From Octopus sinensis (taxonomy: Eukaryota), in contig NC_043003.1 in assembly GCF_006345805.1 (NCBI RefSeq), positions 24,800,001 to 24,864,000 on the forward strand: a stretch of DNA of 64,000 nt, in the 5' to 3' direction. Below are positions 50,701 through 61,699 of the stretch, one piece after another (the first letter of the stretch is position 1; each line of letters starts with the position of its first letter). Under the pieces are notes generated by a model. The model was given only the letters and a program-made list of their open reading frames with translations, ran no database searches and was not told the DNA's origin. Both the position numbers and the translations under genes were made by a program.

Positions 50701-51871
50701 AGCACTTAAAGACCATTTTCATCCGAAAACAGTTTATAGAGTTCTTCAAGAGGTAAGATTTTTTTTTTAAAGTTTTTTTTTTATTGTATTTCTCTATTTC
50801 TTGATGTCAGCTGAGTAAACTGAAGCAAAATGAAATGAAGTGCCTTGCTCAACAACATTCTGCTTGATCCCAAAATTAATTCCATGTTTTTATGATTGTG
50901 AGGCCAATACCCTAGGTTCATGTACTTAGGTTGAAATTGGAAATATTTCACAGCCACCGGCTGGTTTCCATCCATCAATCCAGTGAGGGTAGAGTTCTCA
51001 GGCACCTCCTCCTTTGGGTCCTATCAGAAGCAGCCTTCATTAGGCCTTCTAGCTGGATTCCCAAGTAGACCAACTGAGTCCTTGGATGTTATTTCATTCT
51101 GGGTCTATCTTTCAATCTCTTAATGGTAGGCTCAGCTTGAAGAATTTGTCTTGCAATTGTTTCTTACTGGTTTGAATATTGAAAATCTTTATAGAATTTC
51201 CTTTCCATAATTACTCTTCCATTTGCAGAATTATGGCAGCGATTCTGATTCTGGACTTTCTGAATCATCTGAAATTGCTTGGATAGAAGAAGATCTTGGA
51301 GATAATTGCATAGCAGTACGGTGAGTACCATTTTTGTTAGTTCTGCATGCACTGGACAAAAGAAATGTTGGTTTTTTAATTTTTTACTAGAACTTCGAGC
51401 GAGGTCGTCGCCAGTGCCACTGGACTGGCTCCTGTGCAGGTGGCACGTAAAAATCCCCATTTGGGCGTGGCCGTTGCCAGTACCACCAAACTGGCCCTCG
51501 TGCCAGTGGCACGTAAAAGCACCCACTACCCTCTCAGAGTGGTTGGCGTTAGGAAGGGCATCCAGCTGTAGAAACTCTTCCAGATCAGATTGGAGTTTGG
51601 TTTGCCAGACCTCAGTCAAATCGTCCAACCCATGCTAGCATGGAAAGCGGATGTTAAATGATGATGATAATGATTTTAATGCATTGTTTTAACATCAACT
51701 TTGGTACAGAAAATTTCCACAATTCCCAGTACCTTGTCATTTCCTCAGTGAGGCCCAGCATCCAAAGATCCTTTCTCACCACTTTCACGTCATCCCACAT
51801 CTTCCTGGGTCTACCCCTTCCACAGGTACCCTCCACAGTTAGAACTCTGCATTTCTTTATACACCTGTCCT

Positions 51872-51906
<35 letters not shown>

Positions 51907-52136
51907 TAGATAGATAGATAGATATATATAATTATAAATTAGGGTATCTATGAGATACCACCATGCTGAAAATAGCAGCCATGATCTGACTCTTAAACCA
52001 CCTCTAAAAATAGGGTATCTCGTAGATACCCTAATTTATAATTTTAACAATTATTACCTTTGAAGGTTATTTTTTCCATGCTGACCACTTGATAAAATTG
52101 TTATTTTATTTTAAAATTAACGATCTTATCCTTAGT

Positions 52137-52169
<33 letters not shown>

Positions 52170-55100
52170 CAGATAGATGTGTTTGTGTGAGTGTATACAC
52201 ACATGCACACATACATGCACGATGTTCCACCATTCTTAAGCTCATGGATATACCTACTGCTTGTACCTATTTGTAGCAAAGTGAACCAAACACATCAACT
52301 GCAACTGTGTTCTAACCAGCCATCAAGCAGTGGATTGGCTGGACCATTAGAGCATCAGATAAAATCATCATCATCGTTTAATATCCGTTTTCCATGCTAG
52401 CATGGGTTAGACGGTTCAGCTGGGGTCTGGGAAGCCAGGAGGTTGCACCAGGCTCCAGTCTGATCTGGCAGTGTTTCTAAAGCTGGATGCCCTTCCTAAC
52501 GCCAACCACTCCGTGAGTGTAGTGGGTGCTTTTTACGTGCCAGGTGAGGCTGGCAACGGCCACAATCGGTTGGTGCTTTTTACGTGCCACCGGCATGGAG
52601 GCCAGTCGAGGCGGCGCTGGCAACGGCCACGTTCGGATGGTGCTTTTTATGTGCCACCGACACAGGTATCACAACTACAATTTCCATTTGACTTTTTGAT
52701 GTTGATGTACTTAACTCAATAGGTCTCCTCAAGCACAGCAGGTTGCCCTACGATCCAAGGTAAGCACGGCAGGCCGTCCTGCGATCCAAGGCAATTTGGA
52801 TGGGCTGGGTCAGCAATATTTGGTTATGACCATTATATCCTGAGTTCAAACCCTGATTCCTATTTAATAAAATAACAAATTAATCAAATATTGAGGCTAA
52901 TTTAATCCTTCAGTATTCAGGTTATTCTGTCAAATGTAATGCTTATTAATTCACATTGCTTTGAATTTAATTATGCATTATCTGGTAGCTTCAAGATTTT
53001 GATGATCTGATTGTTTATTTTTAGAATGGCATTGAAGGATAGCAGGGGTGGACTAAGAGAATTAAGGGCCCTGAGTCATAACTGTTTATCAGGCCCTTTA
53101 GCATTGATTTAGTAGAGTTAACGTGTAGAGTGCTGGCCTCTCTGAGCTCTGGACCCTCAGGCTGTGCCTGATTGACCAATGGCTCAGTTGGCCCCTGTAG
53201 GATAGATATGAGAGGCAGATCTGGCCAATTTGAACATAAAACATACAGAATATTTGGACTGGGTATGGCCTGTTTAACTGCTAACTGGTTAAGCCATTCC
53301 TACAAAACTAATTAAGATAAAAATAGAATTATAACAGAAGACAAAAACCAAGTCTTTGATTGTCAGATAGGCCACCCTTCCACCCTCGGGCAATATTGTT
53401 ATTTTATCTTTTTTTTTTTTTGCTTACTTTAATTTCATTTTTGCATGGTTTATTTTAGAACACAGATGAAAAATCGCAGAAATTTACATTTTAATGAAAG
53501 TGTGTCAACATCAATTAACCTTGCTGAGCCTTTGAGTACATCGACTCCACATAATCCCTTCGAAGAAAGCGTTAATTCCTTACAAAAGATTAACGAAATG
53601 CAATCTGAGATTGAAAAATTAAAGGAACAAATTGCTTTGATGTGCAAAAGTAAGGGTTTTTTTGTTTTTTAGAAATCATATTGTCTTGGTTTGTTTGATT
53701 ATCGAAATTCACTTTTTTCATGATCATGAAGTTGATTTGTGTGTGTGTGATTGGATTTGGTAAATGGAAACTGAAAGAAGCCCGTTGTGTATGTGTGTAT
53801 ATGTATGTATGCATGTGTGTGTTTTTATGTATGTGTTTGTCCCCCCCCCTCCCCGCCAACATCGCTTGGCAATAGATGCTGGTGTGTTTACTTCCCTGTA
53901 ACTTAGTGGCTCGACACAAAAGACCAGTAGAATAAGTACTAGGCTTACAAAGAATAAGTCCTGGGATCGATTTGCTCAACCAAAGGTGATGCTCCAGCAT
54001 GACCACAGTCAAATGACAAACAAATAAAAGAATAAAAATATTCCCTTTTTTTGGGTCATCCTGTATATTTATGCTAGTTTTCCATTCACTTTCCATCTAC
54101 CAAATTCACTCATAAATCATAAAGTAGTTGTCATCTGAGAGATGACAACTGAAGAGATTTGCCTGAAGTGCCATGCATTGAGACTGAACCTAAAACCATG
54201 TGGTTGCACAGAGAGACTCTTAACCACACAGCTATACCAGTATAGATATTTTAGCCAACCTTGTATGTTATGATGGTACTTCTGTACAGATGAAATACCT
54301 ATGAACAGAAAAAGAAGGAACAGCTGTGCATGGCGTGTTTCTGTCATATGGAATTTCCTCAGCAATTGTGCACCTTCCTTAATACACTGCTTCTTTACAC
54401 ACTAGTTAATGTTAGAAGCTAATTATACTAATTTCATCACTGAGGTAAACAGCTATCAACTTCCTCTATGATGTCTTTCCTAGCATTGGAAAGAGTTGAT
54501 TTCACTGGTGCTTTGACTGCAATCCACCCTTTTGCATCTGTCAACAGAGTTTAACATCCTTGTTCCATGACAGAATAGGTTGGATGGTTTAACAGGATCC
54601 AAGAATTGCATTGTGAACCAGTAGCTTCTTTGGCATGGTTTTACGGCTGCATGCATTTCTTAATGCAAATGACTTTTTTAAAGCTTGTGCTGGGTGCTTT
54701 TTCCATGCTGCCAGCACTACTAAGGTCGCCATGCAGCTTGCAGAACATCAAATGCTAGGCGATAAGGGGGGTTAAAGTATCAATGAAGAAACCAGAAGAG
54801 ACGAATTGCTTTTACTGTAGAGGATATACATAACTACTTACATTTCAGAAGAGGTGGTGAGAGTGATTGGAGCAAGGAAGAGATAAAAGTAATGGTATTG
54901 CAGCATATATGTATATACTAGCAGTATAGCCTGGCGTTGCTAGGGTTTGTTTTTTTTTTTTTTTTTTTTTTAGTTGTGCTTAAAACGGCAGACTTTGATG
55001 TTGCGTTAACAAAGTTTTGACATAGTTTCGATCATTTTTGAAAAGTAAAAATTTTGCATTATGTAGCTTGTTATTCTCTTTCAGTGAACATTTTTCTGGT

Positions 55101-58100
55101 TGAAATACACCAAAAATGGCGACCCAGCAGTCAAAAAACTGTAAAAAAAAATATGGATTTTCATAGAAAAAAAGCACCTTTTTGATGTAAATAATTTTTG
55201 GTCTTAACATGGTCTGATTTGAATTTTTTTTTTTTTTTTTCTTCTACGGAATGAAGAGCAAGCTTTCTTCTATCATACTCTCAATTTTGGTCAACTTGCT
55301 CCACATCTTACAAACTCTGTTGCTTCTGCTGTATATATGTGTCTGGTGAGGGCGCGTGGCTTAGTGGTTAGGGCATTCGGCTCATGATCGTAAGGTTGTG
55401 AGTTCGATTCCCGGCAACGCGTTGTGTCCTTGAGCAAGACACTTTATTTCACGTTGCTCCAGTCCACTCAGCTGGCAAAAATGAGTTGTACTTGTATTTC
55501 AAAGGGTCAGCCTTGTCACTCTCTGTGTCACGCTGATTATCCCCGAGAACTACGTTAAGGGTACACGTGTCTGTGGAATGCTCAGCCATTTGCACGTTAA
55601 TTTCACGAGCAAGCTGTTCCGTTGATCGTATCAGCTGGGACCCTCGTCGTCGTAACCGGCGGAGTCTTTTATATATGTGTCTGTGTGTGTGTGTATAGGT
55701 TTGGTGATGCAAATAGAAAAAATAGAACTCAAAACATAAGTATGTATTCCTTTTATTGGTATGTAAAAAGCACCATTTGAGGGTGGCTGATACCAGTGCT
55801 GTCTGACTGGCACGTACAAAGCACCATTCAGCTGTGACTGATGCCAGTGCCGCTTGATTGACTGCCATGCTGGTGGCACGTAAAAGCACCCACTACACTC
55901 TCTGAGTGGTTGGTGTTAGGAAAGGCATCCAGCAGTAGAAACCTTGCCAAATCAGATTGGAGCCTGGTGCAGCCTCTCAGCTTGCCATTTCTCTGTCAAA
56001 CCGTCCAACCCATGCCAGCATAGAAAGCAGACGTTGATGATGATGTTTAACAGAAGCAGGGTGGTGAGGGCCAGATGTTTAGCTTCATTTTGTCTGTCTT
56101 TGCATTCTGAGTTCAAATTCCGCCTAGGTCGACTTTGTCTTTTATTCCTTTGGGGTTGATTAATTAAGTTCTAGTCAAATATTGAGGTTGATGTGATCGA
56201 TTTACCTCCTCCTGGTTTGGTCTTGTGCCAAAATTTGAAATCAATATTTAGCAGAAGCAACAGAGTGACTCAAGGACTGAGAGTTTTGTGAACTAGTACT
56301 TATCAAACTCCGTTGCTTCTGCTAAATATTAAAAAAAAAATGTGTGCTGTTATGTTTATTTTTTACCTCCCTTTGTAGCCGCAGCTTTCAAATCAGAAGG
56401 GACATCAAAAACACATTTACCAAGAACTTCAGTTCCACCGCCACCACCACCAATACCACTAGTGCTACGAGCAGTAGCACCGCCTCCACCACCACCGCCG
56501 CCGCCGCCGCCACCACCACCACCACCTTCTGCTCTAAAGACAAGTGATTCAGATTCTAAACCAAAGAAAGAATATATGTCTCTTGGAGAGATGCTTAAGC
56601 AGGTATCCTTATTTTTCATCTGATATTTGTTTTTTGTTCCATGTCTGGCATGGGTTAGAATGTAACTTTCTAAGGAAGGAGGCTCTTCCTGTCACCAACC
56701 CTTGTTTTTCAGGTAATGAATTTTATTTTATTCCAACACTCGTCATATTTCTGGTGCTCGTCAGATCATTTGTTTCTTGGATAAAGCAAGCAATGTCACC
56801 CCCTGATATATATATATTTCTTTACTACCCACAAGGGGCTAAACACGGAGGGGACAAACAAGGACAGACAAACGGATTAAGTCGATTACATTGACCCCCA
56901 GTGCGTAACTGGTACTTAATTTATCGACCCCGAAAGGATGAAAGGCAAAGTCGACCTCGGCGGAATTTGAACCCAGAACGTATTGCCAGATGAAAAACGG
57001 CTACGCATTTCGCCCGGCGTGCTAACGTTTCTGCCAGCTCGCCGCCTTACCACCTGATATATATGACGGTGCGAGGCTTAGTGGTTAGTATGTCATAATC
57101 ACAAGGGAGTGAGTTCGATCCTTGGACTGGGCTTTGTGTTGTGTTCTTGAGCAAGACTTTTTATTTCACATTAAATGTGTCATGGCAAAAAATCTACTCT
57201 GTTAGCATATAAATGGGAGAAAGTATAGCTTGTTGTGTGTGTGTGGGGGGGAGTGTTGCTTAAGAATCAGGGAGTTTCTGATTTCGAATTTCCTTCCCCA
57301 GCATCTTCAGTAAACTTTTTTTTTTTAATACCATAAATCTGTTTGATCAAAACTTAAAACCTTGTAACTGAAATTTCGTAGTAAGAAAGTATGTTTAAAT
57401 AAGCAAGGACTAGCAAAATCAGTGCGTTGAACTAAGTTGCCTTACGGCATTTAGTCTCGCCTCGGTTACGTCCCTTCCACTCTTGGCTTAAGCTTGCGTT
57501 TATCACTTAAAAAGTTGGTTAAAATAAGTTTCCAAACATTAGTAGATTAGGGTCGCTGTGACCAACTAAAAGCGTCCGAAGTAAATATTTCAGCTTGGTT
57601 GCATTCTAGTAAAGGAAATCGCTTAAAATGTTTTAATATATTCTGTAAATGACCAAAGACTTGTGAGTGTATGTGGTAGACGGAAACTACAAGAATTTCG
57701 TCCACGCACATCATCATCATCGTTTAACGTCCGTTTTCCATGCTAGCATGGGTTGGACGGTTCGACCGGAGTCTGGGAAGCCAGGAAGCTGCACCAAGCT
57801 CCAGTCTGATCTGGCAGTGTTTCTACAGCTGGATGCCCTTCCTAACGCCAACCACTCCGTGAGTGTAGTGGGTGCTTTTTACGTGCCACCGGCACAGGGG
57901 CCAGATCAGGCTGGCAACGGCCACGTTCGGATGGTGCTTTTTACGTGCCACTGGCACTGGTATCACAACTACAATTTCCATTGATTTTTTTTTATCGAGT
58001 GTGTATCTGTTGTTGTGTTTACGTCTCTATAACATAGCGGTTCGGCAAAAGAACTGGTATCGATTCATTCAATTAAAAACTTTACTAATGACAGAAACAA

Positions 58101-61100
58101 ATAAAAGATGAATGGTTTCGTTCGTAAGATTGTGGCCATGTTCGAGCACTCACTCGAAGTTTAAAAAAATTTTTTTTTTTTTTAATCAGAATGAATTATC
58201 TTGCTACTTCAGTATATTTTCTAGGTTAAAAATTTAAATTCTTATCTAGCATACTTAGGATGTGAATGATATGTTTTATCTTCCTCCTTATCACTTGCCT
58301 TGCTCTCGAATATATAAGTACACTTGTTTACACTTCACAACTACAGTACTTGACTACACGAGTAGGAAGGAAACTGTGGATAATGTAGTCATAAATATAG
58401 TATTTCTTTTAGAAAATCTTTTGTTTTTTTAGACGAGATGGTCTTTATTGGAACCCTTTTCTTTTATTTTTTTATATTTTTATTTCTAAGTCAGTTCAGT
58501 CGGACGGATTGTTCGCTATACATATTGTCGCAATAAGACGGCGAGCTGGCAGAAACGTTAGCACGCCGGGCAAAATGCGTAGCCGTATTTCTTCTGCTAT
58601 TACGTACTGAGTTCAAATTCCGCCGAGGTCGACTTTGCCTTTCATTCTTTCGGGGTCGATAAATTAAGTACCAATTACGCACTGGAGTCGATATAATCGA
58701 CTTAATCCGTTTGTCTGTCCTCTCTGTTTAGCCCCTTGTGGGTAGTAAAGAAATATATACATATTGTCGCAGTGGCACTGAGAATTATCTCCCTTGTCTT
58801 AATAGCAACTCAATTTTGATGCATTCGTTAAAAATTTTTTTGTTTAACTGTAGCCCCTGGTCTCCCTTGATCGAGTTCTCCGACGCTCGAAAGTATTCAA
58901 ACCATGACCATCCTGTCTTTTATTTAGATATGTATATGTTGTATATATCTATGAATGATTACATTATACAATCTCCTTTTTTTTTTAAGATGGTCGAGTG
59001 TGATGATAAATATTTGGCTGCTGTTTGCTCGTAGTAGGTCGAACAACGAAATAAAAATACTTTTCATTCATTCGTCCGTTTTCTATATCTAAAGTAAGAG
59101 CATAAGTACTGATTCGATTATTGAGGGTTGGTAAATACTCAACTATTCTACACCGAGATAAGAATTGTTAGAGCCTAGCTCCTCCCATTTTCTACACGAA
59201 TTTACTATGTACACCATTTGATGGACAAGCATTGAGAGTTATCTACCTTATGTCTGTCATCGAAGCATAATAGTAGTTTCCCCGTGTTCCTCCCAAATAT
59301 TCTCATTCTGTTTCTTCTTACATTTGCTTTGCCCCCATGTCAGCTTTGATCGATCAAACATATGATCAAAGACATTTCAACTGTGACTATCGTGTTGTGT
59401 TCTTGAGCAAGACGCTTTATTTCACGTTGTTCCAGATTCTACAGTTACCAATGTTGTCTTTTAAAAGAAGAGCATTTGGAAAAGTTTTGTTGACACTGCT
59501 TGTAGTGTCATCGATATTGCAAGCAGTCTCTGTAGTATCAAATCCTCCAATACATGTCTGGTCATGGGGAAGTATTACCTTACTTGGAAGCAGGTGAGAG
59601 TTGGCAACTGGAAGGGTATCCAGCTGTAAAAAAATCTGCCTTGGCAAATTCCGTCCACCCTATACTTCAAAAATGTAGCTACAAACATTTAGTTTTACCA
59701 TATCTTAATACATATCTCAACTTGGTTAAAAAGTCAACCTCTTAACCTCAGTCATGTTTTGTGTAAAATAAAATTAGAAGAAACAACCCCCACCACAACT
59801 CCTGCCATTTCAAGTTTGATCCATAAAGTATTGTAAACACATTTTGAAGCAAGCAAAGTCATAATAGAAAAAAATCCAGTTGTTTAACAACAGAGAAAAG
59901 GTGTAGAAATCAAATATTTTCTCTTCCTCCTATAAGTTTTTATAACTTTATGTATTAAGTATCAGATTGAGATTAAGACTTCTATTGTTATAATTGCAGC
60001 GCATGGCTTCTGAAGGTGGGATAACTGGAGGATTAAAGTCAACTTCCACAACCGGTGCAGATAAACCACCATCAATGGCCGATGTACTAAAGAATTTAAC
60101 CAGCGTAAAATTGAAACCAGTAGAAAGGTAAGCTTTGCAGTTACACTATGTAACACGATTTTTGCCCTTTGGTAGCAGTTGTCATTTCCTGTTTACTTAC
60201 CCCTAGAAAGCATGAAAAATTGCTAAAATCTCCCTTCAAACATTCCTTTCAGTATATTTATTCAAACCCCAAAGAATCCCTCTCAACACATGGCTATGAT
60301 GCTCTGCCACTACTCCTGCTCATGATCAGAGATGCACATATCGTCAGCTTCAAAAGGACATTCTCAAGTGGTTATGGTCAAGAAAAATCTCTGATATTGA
60401 GCAGAATATTTGCTTCAGCAACTCAATGCTGAATCTGTTTGAAATGTAATGGAAAATAGGTCAGTTTCAGACCATTGATGTCCAGATCAAAAAACAAAAT
60501 TTGAAGGGAATAGAAGTTTGTTTCCTTTGATTTCTAGATAGAAGCAAATGGGGAAAAACCAGATGGTAAAAAAAAAAAAATTTTGGTAGTGTTCAAATAT
60601 TGTTAAAAATCTACAAGCTAAATCTATTTAAAAAAATTTTTTTTCTATACATTCCACAGATCACCAGGTGGTACTCCTCTCAAACGGTCTCCTCTTCCAT
60701 GCACAAATACTGATCACCAATCTATTATTGCAAATGCCTTAAAAATCAAATTTTCCAAAATCAATCAACACAGTCCTGACCGATCACAAAAACGCCGCTC
60801 TCTAAACTCACCAAATTGGTCATCTCCTTCTCCACCACGGGTAAGTTTCTTTCTTTACTGCACAAGAACCAGCTAGGTCCCTCATTCAGCATCATCAGTT
60901 ATAAAGTCTACTTTTCTATGCTTGCATGGGTCAGGGAAATTCACTGAGGCAAATTTTCTACAGCCAGATGTCCTTCCTATCGCCAAGCGGGGTAACATTT
61001 CCCCAAAGCCAGTCATGCTTCCATGGAAGACTGAAAATGAGGTACTGCTCGAGTGGTAGTAATACTCTTTAAGTATTGTAGGATATCTAGATTATGTACA

Positions 61101-61532
61101 TGCACATATATGAAAACTTTTGTGGCTGACTACTAAATCCACTCATGGCTTTGGTCAGCTTAATACCCTAGAAGCAGACACTTGCTCAAGGAATCACAGT
61201 GGTACTGTATCCTGAAGCCACATGGTAGGAAAGTTAACTTCTTAACCACTCAGCCATATATCACTTTCTAACCATTACAAGTTTAATCCACAAAGTATTG
61301 TAAAATGGCTTTGAAGCTAAGTCAATATAGAATCTAGTTACTTTACAATTGAGAAAAGGCCTAAATATCAAATATTTTCTCTTCCTTTCTCCATCTATTT
61401 TTAATTTTATGTACTACTTATCAAATTTAAGACAGACTTATTCACATCAAATGTCACATATTTTTACCTCTTTTTTTCTCACAGGGTTTTGGACGTCATC
61501 TTTTAAAGAAAACTGGAAAGCTACTGAACTAG
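44678..61532 (+). CDS. MTFR1: Mitochondrial fission regulator (MTFR1/MTFR2 family), spliced CDS of 1038 nt (345 aa)
   Basis: Exons 44678-44743, 50645-50752, 51229-51320, 53459-53649, 56379-56602, 60000-60127, 60660-60840, 61485-61532 are GT-AG and join in phase. Family motifs as I recall them: SEIAWIEED ~ ADVGWVAKE; SLQKINEMQSEIEKLKEQIA ~ [20 protein letters not shown]; poly-Pro; PSMADVLKNLTSVKLKPVERSPGG ~ [35 protein letters not shown] ~ ALIAEALKKKF; FGRHLLKKTGK ~ FGPHMLKPTGK. Assignment to MTFR1 rather than MTFR2/MTFR1L is nominal. Confidence 0.92.
45319..47240 (-). mobile_element. RTE-clade LINE, 5'-truncated, with frameshifted reverse transcriptase
   Basis: GLHQGSVLSPLLF and ELLYADGL (YADD-like) motifs, KGRLYDACVQTAMLHGSETW, and a (CAT)n tail at 45319. 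Boundaries are approximate. Confidence 0.9.
48680..49250 (-). mobile_element. Degenerate L2/CR1-type LINE fragment
   Basis: Minus strand reads KHILSIAKTTSQR / DFLFRTRIYS / LLMLYKS / EY-like, resembling the RT C-terminal LGFLFRARKY..LLTLYKAQIRP.MEY. Confidence 0.5.
49254..49515. mobile_element. MITE with about 60-bp terminal inverted repeats
   Basis: tgttgagatctataatagttagaatg...taaatattaagtcgtaat versus attacgacttaatattt...cattctaactattatagatctcaaca. Confidence 0.75.
50645..50752 (+). CDS. MTFR1: MTFR coding exon 2 (FTSLVKRVFSSLSTSKKVKALKDHFHPKTVYRVLQE)
   Basis: gtttttacag|ttt ... gag|gtaaga; 108 nt, phase 0-0. Confidence 0.82.
51229..51320 (+). CDS. MTFR1: MTFR coding exon 3 (NYGSDSDSGLSESSEIAWIEEDLGDNCIAV)
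   Basis: ccatttgcag|aat ... cg|gtgagt; 92 nt, phase 0-2. Confidence 0.88.
51380..51670 (+). mobile_element. RTE-related 3'-end fragment (representative of more than a dozen copies, e.g. 4200-4580, 33870-34320, 52365-52790, 57710-57990)
   Basis: Same 3' sequence and (GAT)n tail as the RTE copy at 45319. Confidence 0.8.
53043..53197. mobile_element. hAT-type MITE nested in a piggyBac-like MITE
   Basis: CAGGGG...CCCCTG ends; 8-bp TSD aaggatag / taggatag. Confidence 0.6.
53459..53649 (+). CDS. MTFR1: MTFR coding exon 4, coiled coil (TQMKNRR...SLQKINEMQSEIEKLKEQIALMCK)
   Basis: tattttag|a ... a|gtaagg; 191 nt, phase 2-1; lies within listed ORF 53445..53672. Confidence 0.92.
54918..55310 (-). 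mobile_element. Helitron 3' end fragment
   Basis: a|ctagcagtatagcctggcgttgctaggg closely matches the terminus at 100-127. The other end is not visible, so the right boundary is approximate. Confidence 0.5.
55347..55670 (+). mobile_element. tRNA-head SINE; related copies at about 8165-8410, 17585-17910 and 36070-36390
   Basis: GGCGCGTGGCTTAGTGGTTAGG...GTTCGATTCCC head (A and B boxes) followed by the conserved ccttgagcaagacactt body. Confidence 0.8.
56379..56602 (+). CDS. MTFR1: MTFR coding exon 5, poly-proline (P6 and P16)
   Basis: ccctttgtag|cc ... cag|gtatcc; 224 nt, phase 1-0; mixed cca/ccg/cct codons indicate a coding tract. Confidence 0.92.
56814..57052 (-). mobile_element. Young SINE, same family
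   Basis: 12-bp TSD cctgatatatat at 56802 and 57053. Confidence 0.8.
58533..58755 (+). mobile_element. Young SINE (GGCGGCGAGCTGGCAGAA family) with a perfect 16-bp TSD
   Basis: TSD tatacatattgtcgca at 58517-58532 and 58756-58771; CpGs are intact. Confidence 0.85.
60000..60127 (+). CDS. MTFR1: MTFR coding exon 6 (RMASEGG...PSMADVLKNLTSVKLKPVE)
   Basis: taattgcag|cgc ... ag|gtaagc; 128 nt, phase 0-2. Confidence 0.92.
60660..60840 (+). CDS. MTFR1: MTFR coding exon 7 (SPGGTPLKR...[11 protein letters not shown]...SPSPPR)
   Basis: attccacag|a ... cgg|gtaagt; 181 nt, phase 2-0. Confidence 0.93.
61485..61532 (+). CDS. MTFR1: MTFR terminal coding exon (GFGRHLLKKTGKLLN*)
   Basis: tttttttctcacag|ggt, TAG at 61530-61532. 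Confidence 0.88.
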   Translation, partial: GFGRHLLKKTGKLLN

Positions 61533-61699
61533 ATTTTTTCTCTGAAAATTTTAAAACAAACTTTTAAACACTAACTTAACTGACAGAATGTTGACTGCTT
61601 TTATGTTTAAAATATTGAACTTCTAATGTTAACTTAACCTGGGAGGATGCTGACAGGTGAAATGTTTTTCATATATTTGATACAAATTTGCATAAATCA

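Noticed and set aside
55347-55420. tRNA gene (also heads at about 1710-1780, 8165 and 36070)
   Set aside because: A and B boxes are present but run straight into SINE bodies without a complete acceptor stem.
56356-56619. Minus-strand poly-Gly ORF and plus-strand poly-Thr/Ala ORF
   Set aside because: They are shadows of the poly-Pro codons of the MTFR exon.
60061-60127. Alternative acceptor gtgcag|ataaa inside MTFR exon 6
   Set aside because: It needs a phase-1 donor but the upstream exon ends in phase 0; the acceptor at 60000 fits.
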